Part shown: piece after piece, positions 23,944 to 33,523 of the stretch | How positions within the stretch are numbered: the stretch's first letter is position 1 | How the letters are laid out: every line of letters starts with the position of its first letter | Origin: a virus | Virus record (IMG/VR): IMGVR_UViG_3300046051_000019 | Coordinates: 1 to 56,428 of that record | DNA: 56,428 nt | Direction: 5' to 3' (one strand) | Made by a program: the position numbers and the translations under genes | The notes under the pieces: generated by a model | Databases searched by the model: none | Seen by the model: only the letters and a program-made list of their open reading frames with translations | What the model was told of the DNA's origin: nothing

Positions 23944-23963
23944 CCGTCACGGATCGAGTGACA

Positions 23964-24011
23964 GTAAGAGAAAGACTTATTGTGATACCGGCCATTAGTC
24001 TAAATGGAACA
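23964..24011 (+). promoter_or_regulatory. Conserved promoter+leader cassette, copy 6 (lacks the GGAGGTCCC part)
   Basis: GTAAGAGAAAGACTTATTGTGATACCGGCCATTAGTCTAAATGGAACA then ATG at 24012. Confidence 0.7.
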
Positions 24012-24101
24012 ATGGAACTCAGTGACGAAGAACTCGCGCGCCAAGAAGCACAGACCCGAGCCAGCAAGGCCCGCCGCGAACTCCCCGACGACTGGATCTA
24101 A
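24012..24101 (+). CDS. Possible 29-aa peptide MELSDEELARQEAQTRASKARRELPDDWI
   Basis: Follows cassette copy 6. Acidic composition typical of haloarchaea. Confidence 0.35.
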   Translation: MELSDEELARQEAQTRASKARRELPDDWI

Positions 24102-24347
24102 CGTCTCGTTTTCCAACACGTGAGCTCACGACACGCTAGTAGGCACACCACGCCACACCAACAGCAGTAGCGTCACCAGACTCACGTAGCGAGGACACGT
24201 TCTCGTAGCTCTCACAATGCCCCTCCTACGTGGGGCCACACCCCGCCCGTTCTCGACGAGTGGAGGTACAGCGGCCGTGACTCTCACGAGGCGCACGTGT
24301 CTATACGGCTGACGCTGATTTGACGGGCTCTGTATGTAAGTGATGGG

Positions 24348-24575
24348 GGGTGTTGTTCTTATTATAGTAAGCAACACCGTTTGACACCGTTTCCCGATGG
24401 TGCTGTGGGGTCGCTACGCGGCGTGGATCTGTCTATTGAGTTGACACGTTCTGTCTTGCTCGGTAAGTCGGCAGTCTTACGGACTCGGTTTTTTGTAAAG
24501 TAAGGCGCGTGGCATACTTTCAACTCGGAATATAGCGTATTGGCCTCTCTTTCACGGTAAGAAAGACTTACAATC
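24348..24575. repeat. Right arm of the imperfect inverted repeat (partner 21225..21432)
   Basis: See the left arm. The outer end contains the GTAAGAAAGACTTAC promoter for the gene at 24596. Confidence 0.75.
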
Positions 24576-24595
24576 TCGGGGTTCCAATACCAATC

Positions 24596-24808
24596 ATGGA
24601 GGCACTCGACGAGCTACGACGATACGTGAGCAGGAACGAGTACAGCACGGAGGTCACGATCGACCAGGACAACCTCGACGACGTACAGTGCATCGCCGAC
24701 GAGCACGAGTGGATCTACGTCGAGGAGCGACACCTCGATGAATTCGACGTCCCGGCATCAGTCACCATCAGGGTGACGATTGATCTCGACGAATGGAGAA
24801 ATGAGTGA
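24596..24808 (+). CDS. Hypothetical acidic protein
   Basis: 70-aa ORF starting about 30 nt after the AAGACTTAC box. Confidence 0.55.
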   Translation: MEALDELRRYVSRNEYSTEVTIDQDNLDDVQCIADEHEWIYVEERHLDEFDVPASVTIRVTIDLDEWRNE

Positions 24809-25076
24809 AGCGTTCCGCTGCGATGGCTGTGACGAGTACTATGGCGGGACCCCGACCACTATCTCGATTGGACTCGAGCACGGAGTGGTTGGCGACTCCG
24901 TGACGCTCGGTCACTTCGCTGGCCGGGACGACGCGCACCCGCGTGACGACGAGCCCGAGCATATCGTCGAGTGGCCGTTTCACGACGGTGGTGTCGAGCT
25001 CTGCGCGACGTGCACCGCGAGCTACGTGGTGCCCGGCGTCCAGGAAGCAGCGCAGCAAGGGCGATACGATGACTGA
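24801..25076 (+). CDS. Small zinc-ribbon protein
   Basis: CDGCDE...CATC pattern. Overlaps the upstream stop codon. Confidence 0.5.
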   Translation: MSEAFRCDGCDEYYGGTPTTISIGLEHGVVGDSVTLGHFAGRDDAHPRDDEPEHIVEWPFHDGGVELCATCTASYVVPGVQEAAQQGRYDD

Positions 25077-25299
25077 CGAGCCCAGGATTGAAAGAGTTCA
25101 CAACGGCGAGCGCATCGCTGTCAATAAGACTATCGGTGAACAGTCGAAGGAGTTGAACGGGATCGAGCGCTCAGTCACGTGCCCGTGTGGGACTCGACGG
25201 AATATTAGGAGCGTGTATCAGTGCCTCTATTGCGAGGTCTGGTTCTGTAAAAATTGCGCGAGGGAACACTTCGGTGACCAGGAGGCTGGCGATGACTGA
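25069..25299 (+). CDS. Small Cys-rich zinc-binding protein
   Basis: CPCG...CLYCEVWFCKNC pattern. Confidence 0.5.
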   Translation: MTDEPRIERVHNGERIAVNKTIGEQSKELNGIERSVTCPCGTRRNIRSVYQCLYCEVWFCKNCAREHFGDQEAGDD

Positions 25300-25612
25300 C
25301 GGGTTGAAGAACCCGATGCGCTTCAGTATCCGGAACCGCTCCATAAACATCGAGGAGAAGCTTCGACACCCTGATTTCGACGAGAAACACGTGACGCGGA
25401 TCGAGATCGTGGACGAACAGATGTACGTTCATTGGGAATGGCTAGATGGGACCGAGCAGTCCGAGACTATCGAAATCGACCAGCAGAAAGCAGCGACGAT
25501 GCTTCACCAATTGACGTTGACACGGGAGCGAGAGCGTCTTTCACCGGTATCTGACGAACACCTGGATACGGCTACGACGTGGCTGGAGGAGTCACTCCAG
25601 GATGATGAGTAA
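25292..25612 (+). CDS. Hypothetical protein
   Basis: ATGA-type coupling. 106 aa. Confidence 0.5.
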   Translation: MTDGLKNPMRFSIRNRSINIEEKLRHPDFDEKHVTRIEIVDEQMYVHWEWLDGTEQSETIEIDQQKAATMLHQLTLTRERERLSPVSDEHLDTATTWLEESLQDDE

Positions 25613-25889
25613 CGTTCTGGAGAGCGAGCCAGGCGTTATTTGCGTGATGGAACCTGGGTACGAGTACGAGTATCAGGTCGGTCAAGCGGACGGTGAGGGC
25701 GTTGTTCGAGACGACGAAGGTAGGTGTTACAGTAGCGATCGGTTCGACGTAGTGTACGAGATAGATTCGTGTAACGTGTGTGGCGCGAGTGACCTCGCGG
25801 ACTTCGAGCTCGTGAGGAACGTGTTGGAGTGCCAGGAGTGTAGTCATCTCCACATAGATAAGCGGTTCTCGGAGTTGATTGGTCTATGA
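25602..25889 (+). CDS. Small zinc-ribbon protein
   Basis: CNVCG...CQEC pattern. Confidence 0.5.
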   Translation: MMSNVLESEPGVICVMEPGYEYEYQVGQADGEGVVRDDEGRCYSSDRFDVVYEIDSCNVCGASDLADFELVRNVLECQECSHLHIDKRFSELIGL

Positions 25890-25936
25890 GGGACGTGTTG
25901 ATAGCGACGAGCGGCGTGGTATTCTTCATCCTGCGG

Positions 25937-25984
25937 TGTGTTAAAGAAAGACTTATAACGGTACGGGTCCATTATCCAACTGGA
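25937..25984 (+). promoter_or_regulatory. Promoter+leader cassette, copy 7 (diverged)
   Basis: GTGTTAAAGAAAGACTTATAACGG...GGAATGAGGTCCC. Confidence 0.5.
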
Positions 25985-26125
25985 ATGAGGTCCCATCAAT
26001 GTAGCGAGCACGACCGATGCGAGCGCCCCGATGGCCACACTGGCCCCCATGCAGCTGGGTTCCCCAATAACGCTGCTCGGCGACCAGACTCCGAACCACG
26101 GGCCGTGTGGAGCAGCGACGAATGA
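25985..26125 (+). CDS. Possible small protein (46 aa)
   Basis: Its ATG lies inside the GAGGTCCC box. ATGA coupling to the next ORF. Confidence 0.3.
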   Translation: MRSHQCSEHDRCERPDGHTGPHAAGFPNNAARRPDSEPRAVWSSDE

Positions 26126-26244
26126 CAGCCCAGAAACACAGCGGTCCCGTCTGTGAAGAATGCGGCGCGTCAGTCTACCGTCCAGACACAGCTACAAAGT
26201 GCGACGCGTGTAGCCACGTGAACCCCGATGGGATCGCGGAATGA
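26122..26244 (+). CDS. Small zinc-ribbon protein (40 aa)
   Basis: CEECG...CDAC pattern. ATGA couplings on both sides. Confidence 0.45.
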   Translation: MTAQKHSGPVCEECGASVYRPDTATKCDACSHVNPDGIAE

Positions 26245-26594
26245 TCGACAAAACGTGTAGCGAGTGTAACGGTGAACTCGAAGCAGTCGCGGATCGCACC
26301 GTGAAATGCCAGGAGTGCAACCGGTCCATCGTTACGAGTCGAGCCGTCGTCAGTCACGTGTTCGGACCACGGCTCGACTGGTCGCTCCGTGCCGTGCGAC
26401 TCGACGAGCCACGTGACGAGCATCGAGTCGTGTTCGATGTCACGGGGGAAATCGACGCCCGAGTCGTCGCTCGAACGACCACAGATGGCGACTTCGTCGA
26501 GTGGGAGCCGTCGCCACCCGAGAGCGATCGAGCGTTCCTCGAGGAACGCGCCGTGAAAACAGCTCGATCGTTCGAGTGCACGAAGCTCGAATGA
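26241..26594 (+). CDS. Zinc-ribbon protein
   Basis: CSECNG...CQECN pattern. 117 aa. Confidence 0.55.
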   Translation: MIDKTCSECNGELEAVADRTVKCQECNRSIVTSRAVVSHVFGPRLDWSLRAVRLDEPRDEHRVVFDVTGEIDARVVARTTTDGDFVEWEPSPPESDRAFLEERAVKTARSFECTKLE

Positions 26595-26779
26595 AGGAGT
26601 ACACGTTCGACGAGTTGGAGCGTCGTCACCGCGAGGCGCAAGGGACACTCGTCGACATGAGCACAGATGGAAACATGGTCGGGTCGATGAACTGGCGAGC
26701 GCTCCAAGAACGCGAAGAAGAACTCCGAATGGAGAGACTACGACGCGCACTGCGGCGAGACAGCTCTGACTCCCAGTGA
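26591..26779 (+). CDS. Hypothetical coiled-coil protein
   Basis: ATGA coupling. 62 aa. Confidence 0.5.
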   Translation: MKEYTFDELERRHREAQGTLVDMSTDGNMVGSMNWRALQEREEELRMERLRRALRRDSSDSQ

Positions 26780-26875
26780 TTCCGGGGCAACGCTTTTCAC
26801 TCATCAGACCCCTATTCTCTAATAGGCCTCACTGGACGAGTTGACGCATCGACTCCAGTGAGTTCAAACACTAGC

Positions 26876-27391
26876 ATGTCTTCTCGCACCGAGGCGTTCA
26901 AGGAACTCGTGCAACGCGACAAAGACGTGTGTAACAACTGTTTCCGTCGCACGCACGACACCATCGAACGGAACTACGCGAAGCGAGCGTTCAAAAACAG
27001 TGACGGGGAACCCGACGTATGGTGGGAAGAAGTCGATTTACCCTCGATGCGATTCGTTCGCTCGACTCGAGTCGAACACATGTACCCCGATAGCGACGAC
27101 GGCGCGACGATACAGTCGTGTAAATGCGGTCAACGCGGGATCCCACTCAGGCCAGTCGAGCTCGAAGTCGCGATGACGTACGCGAAACGCGTCGCGACTC
27201 GACTCGACGAGAAAAACGTCGATTTCGACAGAGACACGTTACTCGACAGGGTGCGAATGGACATGCAGAGACCCGAGAACCAGTCTCGACTCGACTCCGT
27301 TCTCGGGCAAGCCGTTCAAGGAGCGATCAAGGTATGGACATTGAGAAACTCGGGTGCACAGATTACGGAGACGTCTGCGAGCTCGCAGTAG
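26876..27391 (+). CDS. Hypothetical protein
   Basis: An ORF with a CxxC...CxC pattern. An alternative GTG start lies at 26858. Confidence 0.55.
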   Translation: MSSRTEAFKELVQRDKDVCNNCFRRTHDTIERNYAKRAFKNSDGEPDVWWEEVDLPSMRFVRSTRVEHMYPDSDDGATIQSCKCGQRGIPLRPVELEVAMTYAKRVATRLDEKNVDFDRDTLLDRVRMDMQRPENQSRLDSVLGQAVQGAIKVWTLRNSGAQITETSASSQ

Positions 27392-27546
27392 GGTCAATCG
27401 TCACAGTCACGTTTTTCGTCGGGACAGTGCTCGGCGCGCTCGACCCACCGAGCTGGTTGTTCCAACTCGTCGTCGTCTCAGCGGTCGCGGCGATTTTCGG
27501 CGATAAAATCTACAAATACAAGAAGCGAATCAAAGGTGGTAAGTGA
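27334..27546 (+). CDS. Small membrane protein
   Basis: Two hydrophobic segments and a basic C-terminus. Confidence 0.45.
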   Translation: MDIEKLGCTDYGDVCELAVGSIVTVTFFVGTVLGALDPPSWLFQLVVVSAVAAIFGDKIYKYKKRIKGGK

Positions 27547-27977
27547 TGCCCGATTCATCCAATGGTAACTGGCAAGGCGTCGATCTCAACAGGATACCGA
27601 TCCCCGATGACCTCTCGGAGTGTCACGCGCGTCAACGCAGGGCGTATATCTACGAGCGCGTGAAAGAAGAGGGACACCCGAGTCTCATCGACACACAGGA
27701 AGAGTGCGAGAAACTCGACGTGTCCAGGCGCCAGATCTACTACGATCTCGACGCCATCGCGGAGTTCATCGAGTCGTTCCTCGGCGAGCACCACACCGGT
27801 GAGAACTGGACTGTGTTCGAGAAAGCGAAGCGAGAAGCGCTCCGCGAGGGCGACTGGAAAGGCGCCGTGGAGATCCTCGAGAAAGAAGCCGAGTGGCTCG
27901 AGCGCCGTGGCGCGATCAACACCGAGCCCGAGGAACACGAGATCACGTGGCGCGAATACATCGAGTCAAGTGAATGA
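27546..27977 (+). CDS. Putative terminase small subunit
   Basis: Located directly upstream of TerL. HTH-like LDVSRRQIYYDLDAI. Confidence 0.5.
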   Translation: MPDSSNGNWQGVDLNRIPIPDDLSECHARQRRAYIYERVKEEGHPSLIDTQEECEKLDVSRRQIYYDLDAIAEFIESFLGEHHTGENWTVFEKAKREALREGDWKGAVEILEKEAEWLERRGAINTEPEEHEITWREYIESSE

Positions 27978-29572
27978 GTCAATCGAAACCAGCGCCAAGT
28001 GATTACACGTCGGGCGACGATCGCTACGTTCGCTTCGCTGAGGATTTCCTCGAGCTCCAAGTGTCGGAACCGCAGAAGCGTATCCTACGCGCGGTCGCGA
28101 CGAATCAACACGTACTCGTCGTGGGCGCGAACGGGTTCGGTAAATCCTATATCATCGCGGCGCTGTGCGACGCGTTCATCGCGACGAACACTGATAGCGT
28201 CGGTCTCGGTACGTCGGGTTCCTATAGCCAGTTCGTCGACACGATGTGGAACCCGATGAAATCGCTCGCGAAGAAACTCCGAGACGAACACGACATCCCG
28301 GTTCGTGTCTACGACGGGAATCAACCGAAACTCGAGCTCGACGACGAATGGTTTTTCAAAGTCGTGAGCCCACGGGATCCAGGGGACCTCGAGGGCAGGC
28401 ACGCAGCTGATGTTCTCATCGTCATCGAGGAAGCGGATAAAGCGTATATCACGGGGGAGCACTTCGATAGCGCTGGGTCCTCGGTGACGGATATGAACGA
28501 TCGAATGATCGCTGTGGCGAACCCACCGGAAGACGAAGCGAACGTCGTGTACGACTTGATGCAAGACGAGTCCCGGTGGCACGTCCTCGAGTTATCGTCG
28601 TTCGAAGCCCATAACGTCCAAGTCGACATGGACGAGTTGGACGACGAGCGCATCCCGGGTATCGTGGATCTCGTCACCGTGGCCGCGGATTGGGAGGACT
28701 GGAACAACGAACCGTGGCCAAGGGCCGAGGAGCAGTGGAGCGACGGCGAGTACCCCGGGGTTTCCGAGCTGAAAGACCGCGTCCAAAACGATGCGTTGAC
28801 GCGTGACGAGCTCGTCGACGTGCTCAAACCAGGGGCGTCGAGGGCGAGACACGCGCACATGGAGCGCGACGATTTGGATAAACGCTGGTATCGTCGACGC
28901 GCCGGCGTGATGCCGCCGGACTCCGCGATGGTGTTCCGTCCGTTCAACGTGCAAGACGTCGAGGAAGCGTACGAGCGCTCCCCTGATATCAGTACCGCGA
29001 CGCCGCAAGGTGTCGGGCTAGACGTCGCTCGGAAAGGCGGGGATCACAACGTCCTCGCGGCGAAGCACAGCGACGTGATACGCGTGCACGGGCGCTGGCA
29101 AGGCGTCGATCACAACACCAATGAATCAAAGGCGAGGAACCACCTCGAGGACTGGGCTAATGTCACGGTCGCGATCGACGCGCAAGGCGAGGGCTCTGGA
29201 CTCGCGGATCGTGTGCACTCGTTCCACGACGAGCTTGTCCGGTTCAACGCCGGGGAAGAAGCAGCTGAGTCCACTGAGTACTACGACAGGTGGACTGAGG
29301 GCTTGTACAAGCTCGGTCAGTTCCTCCGTGATGGCGGCGTGTTCAATAGTCGCCGGTTACGCGAAGAACTCCTCGCCGCTGCTCGGACGATCGAAATCGG
29401 GGAGAAATACTATAAGTCACGGGAAGAAACAGTGTTTCAAGCGACGTCGAAAGACGACGTCAAGGAACACCTCGGGAGATCACCCGACTTGCTCGACGCG
29501 GCGTACATGGCTGTGTGGGCGGCGAGCGACGCCCCGGAGCGCGAGAAAAAGAAACAAGTGCTAACGTGGTAA
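27974..29572 (+). CDS. terL: Terminase large subunit
   Basis: Walker A VVGANGFGKSY and Walker B LIVIEEADK, plus a C-terminal nuclease-like region. Lies just upstream of the portal gene. Confidence 0.85.
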   Translation: MSQSKPAPSDYTSGDDRYVRFAEDFLELQVSEPQKRILRAVATNQHVLVVGANGFGKSYIIAALCDAFIATNTDSVGLGTSGSYSQFVDTMWNPMKSLAKKLRDEHDIPVRVYDGNQPKLELDDEWFFKVVSPRDPGDLEGRHAADVLIVIEEADKAYITGEHFDSAGSSVTDMNDRMIAVANPPEDEANVVYDLMQDESRWHVLELSSFEAHNVQVDMDELDDERIPGIVDLVTVAADWEDWNNEPWPRAEEQWSDGEYPGVSELKDRVQNDALTRDELVDVLKPGASRARHAHMERDDLDKRWYRRRAGVMPPDSAMVFRPFNVQDVEEAYERSPDISTATPQGVGLDVARKGGDHNVLAAKHSDVIRVHGRWQGVDHNTNESKARNHLEDWANVTVAIDAQGEGSGLADRVHSFHDELVRFNAGEEAAESTEYYDRWTEGLYKLGQFLRDGGVFNSRRLREELLAAARTIEIGEKYYKSREETVFQATSKDDVKEHLGRSPDLLDAAYMAVWAASDAPEREKKKQVLTW

Positions 29573-31017
29573 TGATTACGTTTAACGACACCGAGTACTC
29601 GCGCGACGTCGTGGAGAAAGCCGCTGAGGTCGCACCCGGGCTCACGCGACGCGCACTCGCGTCGAATCGAGCGCCGAGCGCGTCCCTTCGCTCACAAGCC
29701 GCGTTCGGTCAGCAGTATGGCGGGGATCGCGAGATCTGGGACGTGCTCGGGTACGATCGAGACGTCGACGCAGAGCAATACCGCGCGAAGTATCAGCGTC
29801 AAGACATCGCGGCGAAGGTCGTGAAGCTCCCCGCGGAGGACACGTGGCGCTACTCGCCGAGTGTCAGCGACGATCTCGACGCGGAGAACACCACTGGGTT
29901 CGAGCGTGACGTACAGCGACTCGTCGACGAAGCGAAGTTATTCCACTACATGCGCCGAGCTGACACCGTTGCGGGCATCGGTGAGTTCGGCGTGTTACTC
30001 GTCGGGCTCAGGGACGGGCAACCGCTCGACGAACCGCCGAACCAAGCAGTGCTTAGTGGTCCTAGCGACGTCGCGTTCTTCACCCCGTTCGCGCAAGACA
30101 GCGTCGACGATTGGTTACTCGGGAAAGACGGTGACCGCGCGCCGACTGACCCGAGGTACAATAGGCCAGTCGAGTACACGATCGACTTCGCTGACGTCGA
30201 CGACACAAATGGGAGTGACCTCCGCGACGTTCACTGGCAGCGAGTGTTCCATATCGCTGAAGGGAAAGACGACAGCGATTTAAAGGGCACGCCGCGATTG
30301 CGACCGATTTACAACAGGCTCGAGGATCTCGAGAAAACCGTTGGCGCGTCAGCTGAGATGTTCTGGGCAGGCGCCGATAGGAAACTCCACTTCGATATCA
30401 GTAGCGATAACTCGGCTGATATCCCTGACGACGAACTCGACGATCTCGACGAGGAAGTCCAGAAACTTGTTCACGACATGCAATCTCACATCAAGACGTT
30501 TAACACCGATATCAACGTCATCGACGGTCAAGAAGTAGACCCATCAGGGATCGTCGACGAGCTACTAAAATTCATCGCGGGCGCGACGGGTATCCCGAAG
30601 CGAGTGCTAACCGGCTCCGAACGCGGCGAGTTAGCGTCGAGTCAAGACAGAGCGACGTGGTTCGGTCGGATCGAGACGCGTCAAAACACGTTCGCGGAGC
30701 CCATGATACTGCGCCCAGTGCTCGATCGCTTCGTCGAATGGAGCGTTCTCTCAGACCCAATCGATGGATCGTACGTCGTGCAATGGCCGAACTTGTTCGA
30801 GTTAACTGAAGTCGAACAATCAGAGGTCGTCAACAATCGCGCGCAAGCAGTGAGTCGCATCGCGCCACAGGGCAACACGGATTTGCTCGGTACACCGGAA
30901 GAGCTCTTCGCGTTCATCGCGGATGGCGAGAAACCCGACTTCGAGGACCGAGCCGAGATCGAGCTGCTCGACGAGCGAGTACAGCGAGAGAACTTCCAGG
31001 AGCTCGTAGACCAATGA
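29572..31017 (+). CDS. Portal protein
   Basis: Size and position between TerL and the MuF-like gene. Confidence 0.75.
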   Translation: MITFNDTEYSRDVVEKAAEVAPGLTRRALASNRAPSASLRSQAAFGQQYGGDREIWDVLGYDRDVDAEQYRAKYQRQDIAAKVVKLPAEDTWRYSPSVSDDLDAENTTGFERDVQRLVDEAKLFHYMRRADTVAGIGEFGVLLVGLRDGQPLDEPPNQAVLSGPSDVAFFTPFAQDSVDDWLLGKDGDRAPTDPRYNRPVEYTIDFADVDDTNGSDLRDVHWQRVFHIAEGKDDSDLKGTPRLRPIYNRLEDLEKTVGASAEMFWAGADRKLHFDISSDNSADIPDDELDDLDEEVQKLVHDMQSHIKTFNTDINVIDGQEVDPSGIVDELLKFIAGATGIPKRVLTGSERGELASSQDRATWFGRIETRQNTFAEPMILRPVLDRFVEWSVLSDPIDGSYVVQWPNLFELTEVEQSEVVNNRAQAVSRIAPQGNTDLLGTPEELFAFIADGEKPDFEDRAEIELLDERVQRENFQELVDQ

Positions 31018-31886
31018 GCGCGACACGGCGACACGCGCACAACGCGATCGATAGCCGAGTCGACCCGACTCAATCCAAACAACTCAGGCGTCGCTACGAG
31101 CGAGCGTTACGGAGACCACTACGTAAACTAAAAGGACTTATCCGGGACGGTATCGTGGATCGCGGCGCGATGGACATGGCGATGAACGAACCGATGCCCG
31201 TGTTCCGGTTCACGACTGATGAGCGACGAGAAGTCGTGAAACACTTCATGGACTGGCTGAACAGCCAGCAGCGACAAGGGTACTTGGACGTCATCGATTC
31301 ACGAGACAATCGCTTCGTGAGGAACGCGTACACGAAAGGCGCTAGGTTCAGTGACGCTCGGTTACGAGAAACCGGGTTGAACGTTCCAAGCGAAGAAATC
31401 GAAGCCGTACTGAATAAACCGATCCACGAGAGCAAGGTACAAGAACTGTTTACTCGTAACTTCGAACTGTTAGAAGGCGTCGATACCGATATGCAATCAG
31501 CGATGCGGGAAACCTTGAGCGGAGGACTCGCTCGAGGGCAGGGCCCTGGTGGAATCGCGTCGGATCTCAACGATCGAGTCGACGCGATCGGTACGCGTCG
31601 ATCCAATCTCATCGCGAGAACCGAGGTCATCAATGCTCACTCAGAGGGCACGTTGACTCGATTCGAGGAACTCGGCGTCGACACAGTCACTGTGAAAGCC
31701 GAGGTACAAACCGCTGGCGACGACAGGGTCTGTGAACGCTGCTGGTCCATCGAGGGCGACGTGATGACAGTGGAGGAAGTCAGGGAAGACACGTTCACTT
31801 TTGATGGCACTGATTTCCCGGTTAAGCCACCGATTCACCCGAATTGTCGATGCGTGCTCCTCCCAGTCACTGACACGGTGAACTAA
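31014..31886 (+). CDS. Head morphogenesis protein (SPP1 gp7 / Mu F family)
   Basis: ARTEVINAHSEG and PPIHPNCRCVLLP motifs. Confidence 0.8.
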   Translation: MSATRRHAHNAIDSRVDPTQSKQLRRRYERALRRPLRKLKGLIRDGIVDRGAMDMAMNEPMPVFRFTTDERREVVKHFMDWLNSQQRQGYLDVIDSRDNRFVRNAYTKGARFSDARLRETGLNVPSEEIEAVLNKPIHESKVQELFTRNFELLEGVDTDMQSAMRETLSGGLARGQGPGGIASDLNDRVDAIGTRRSNLIARTEVINAHSEGTLTRFEELGVDTVTVKAEVQTAGDDRVCERCWSIEGDVMTVEEVREDTFTFDGTDFPVKPPIHPNCRCVLLPVTDTVN

Positions 31887-31888
31887 CA

Positions 31889-33523
31889 ATGCAACTCGTC
31901 ACGAACGAACTCGACACTAGCAGTATTAGGTACGAGGACTTCCGTGGTCGCGAGTGGCTCGTGGCGCCAGTCACCGCGATGCGCGCGATGAATCTAGATA
32001 AGGGTTATGTACCGAGCCACGAGATCAAGAAGAGCGCCTCGGCGTGGAACGGGACACCGATCACGTTGAACCACCCGCGGAGCGAGACCGGTGAACTCGT
32101 CTCCGCTAACTCGCCGGACATCGCGGAGAAAACGTGGATGGGATACCTGTTCAACGTACACGCGGCGAATGGAGGTGAGAGACTAGACGGCGAGGCATGG
32201 TACGATATCGAGCATTGTAAACAACTCGGTGGGCGAGCCACGAACGTCATCGAGAAACTACTGTCAGACGAACCAGTCTCGGTCTCGACGTCGTATTTCT
32301 TCGACCGGTTACCCGCTGGGAACTACGACGACGAGTATCGAGAAAAAGTATCCGGGAATCTCAGGCCAGATCACCTCGCTACGCTCCCGGACACGAAAGG
32401 AGCGTGCTCGATCGAACAAGGGTGCAAGGTAGCTGCTACGAATAATGAAGAGCGATTCACGGTTACTGCGCTCCCCGATGACCCCGATGAGCCCGACGCG
32501 GGCCCGATGGGCGAGGATAGCAGTGAGGAAACCGTGCAATCTAGTGACGAGCAATCTGGAAACACAGATGACGGCATCATAACCGCGATCCGGAACCTAG
32601 CAGAGAAAACTGGGATCGTCGGGTCCGGTGACGCTCGCGGGTACGTCGTGTTCGATGAACAGACGTCGAACGGTGAGCAAGTCACGGTGACTGAAGCATC
32701 GTTCCGAGATGCACGGTGGATGACTGTTATCCACGTGCGTGAAGACGATGAACTATCTGAGCCGATCGGCTCGGGTGAACCGCAAGACGCCGGGGAGATC
32801 GTTCAAAGCGAAGAAATCGAGCTCGACGAACCGTTAGAGGACGATGCCACAGTCGCGGCGATGTTACACTACGTCACCGAGGAGAATGAAATGTCTGAAG
32901 CCATCACGGCGCGTGACGGTGAACGTTTCATGAACTCGGCATTCGTCGGTGTAGCGCCGAGCGACGCAGACGTCGGGGAACAGTCGCTGAACGAGACGGA
33001 CATGGAAGATACATCCAACAACATGAGCGACCGAGTCGAAGAGCTCGTGGAGCAACACGAGTTCAACGCGGAGAACCTTCCTGACGAAGAAACCGAGTGC
33101 TTCGATCGTATCTACGAGTCGTTCGCTAGTAACGAGGAGAGCGACGAAGATACGAGCGACGGCGACGTCACGGAAGACGAACAGATCACGATGAACGTAG
33201 AGGACTTCGAGGCACGGCTCGAAGAAGTCAAGGAAGAAGCCAAGGAAGAAGCCAAGGCCGAGATCGCACGGAACCAAGAAGAAGAAGCGCGTGAAGAGTT
33301 AGTCGACGACATCGTCGCGAACAGTGACCGTGAACGCGAAGACCTCGAGGGCATCGAGACAGTTGACGCGCTCGAGGTCATCCGCGAGGAAGTCCGCGGG
33401 CAAGCCGCTGCGAACTTCGCCGCGACGCCGGGCGCGTCAGTCGAGTCGTCGAGCTCGGATACGATGCCGAGTCTCTCTGCGAGTGAGCGCATCGCGGAGC
33501 GAGAGGGAGGTGACGAACGATGA
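31889..33523 (+). CDS. Scaffold-like protein (DUF2213-like N-terminus, very acidic coiled-coil C-terminus)
   Basis: Position before the capsid gene. Contains long runs rich in E and D. Confidence 0.6.
   Translation: MQLVTNELDTSSIRYEDFRGREWLVAPVTAMRAMNLDKGYVPSHEIKKSASAWNGTPITLNHPRSETGELVSANSPDIAEKTWMGYLFNVHAANGGERLDGEAWYDIEHCKQLGGRATNVIEKLLSDEPVSVSTSYFFDRLPAGNYDDEYREKVSGNLRPDHLATLPDTKGACSIEQGCKVAATNNEERFTVTALPDDPDEPDAGPMGEDSSEETVQSSDEQSGNTDDGIITAIRNLAEKTGIVGSGDARGYVVFDEQTSNGEQVTVTEASFRDARWMTVIHVREDDELSEPIGSGEPQDAGEIVQSEEIELDEPLEDDATVAAMLHYVTEENEMSEAITARDGERFMNSAFVGVAPSDADVGEQSLNETDMEDTSNNMSDRVEELVEQHEFNAENLPDEETECFDRIYESFASNEESDEDTSDGDVTEDEQITMNVEDFEARLEEVKEEAKEEAKAEIARNQEEEAREELVDDIVANSDREREDLEGIETVDALEVIREEVRGQAAANFAATPGASVESSSSDTMPSLSASERIAEREGGDER

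Noticed and set aside
21225-24575. The inverted-repeat-flanked 3.3-kb segment as an insertion sequence or transposon.
   Set aside because: There is no transposase or recombinase inside and no recognisable target-site duplication. The arms coincide with outward-facing promoters, so duplicated regulatory DNA is the simpler explanation. It is kept as a finding at moderate interest.
26175-26804. Long antisense ORFs such as 26175..26804(-), 33112..33792(-), 44949..45620(-), 46961..47683(-) and 53862..54497(-).
   Set aside because: They lie opposite well-supported genes, are Arg/Ser/Pro/Cys-rich rather than acidic, and lack promoter boxes or coupling. Such frames are typical artefacts of GC-rich codon usage.
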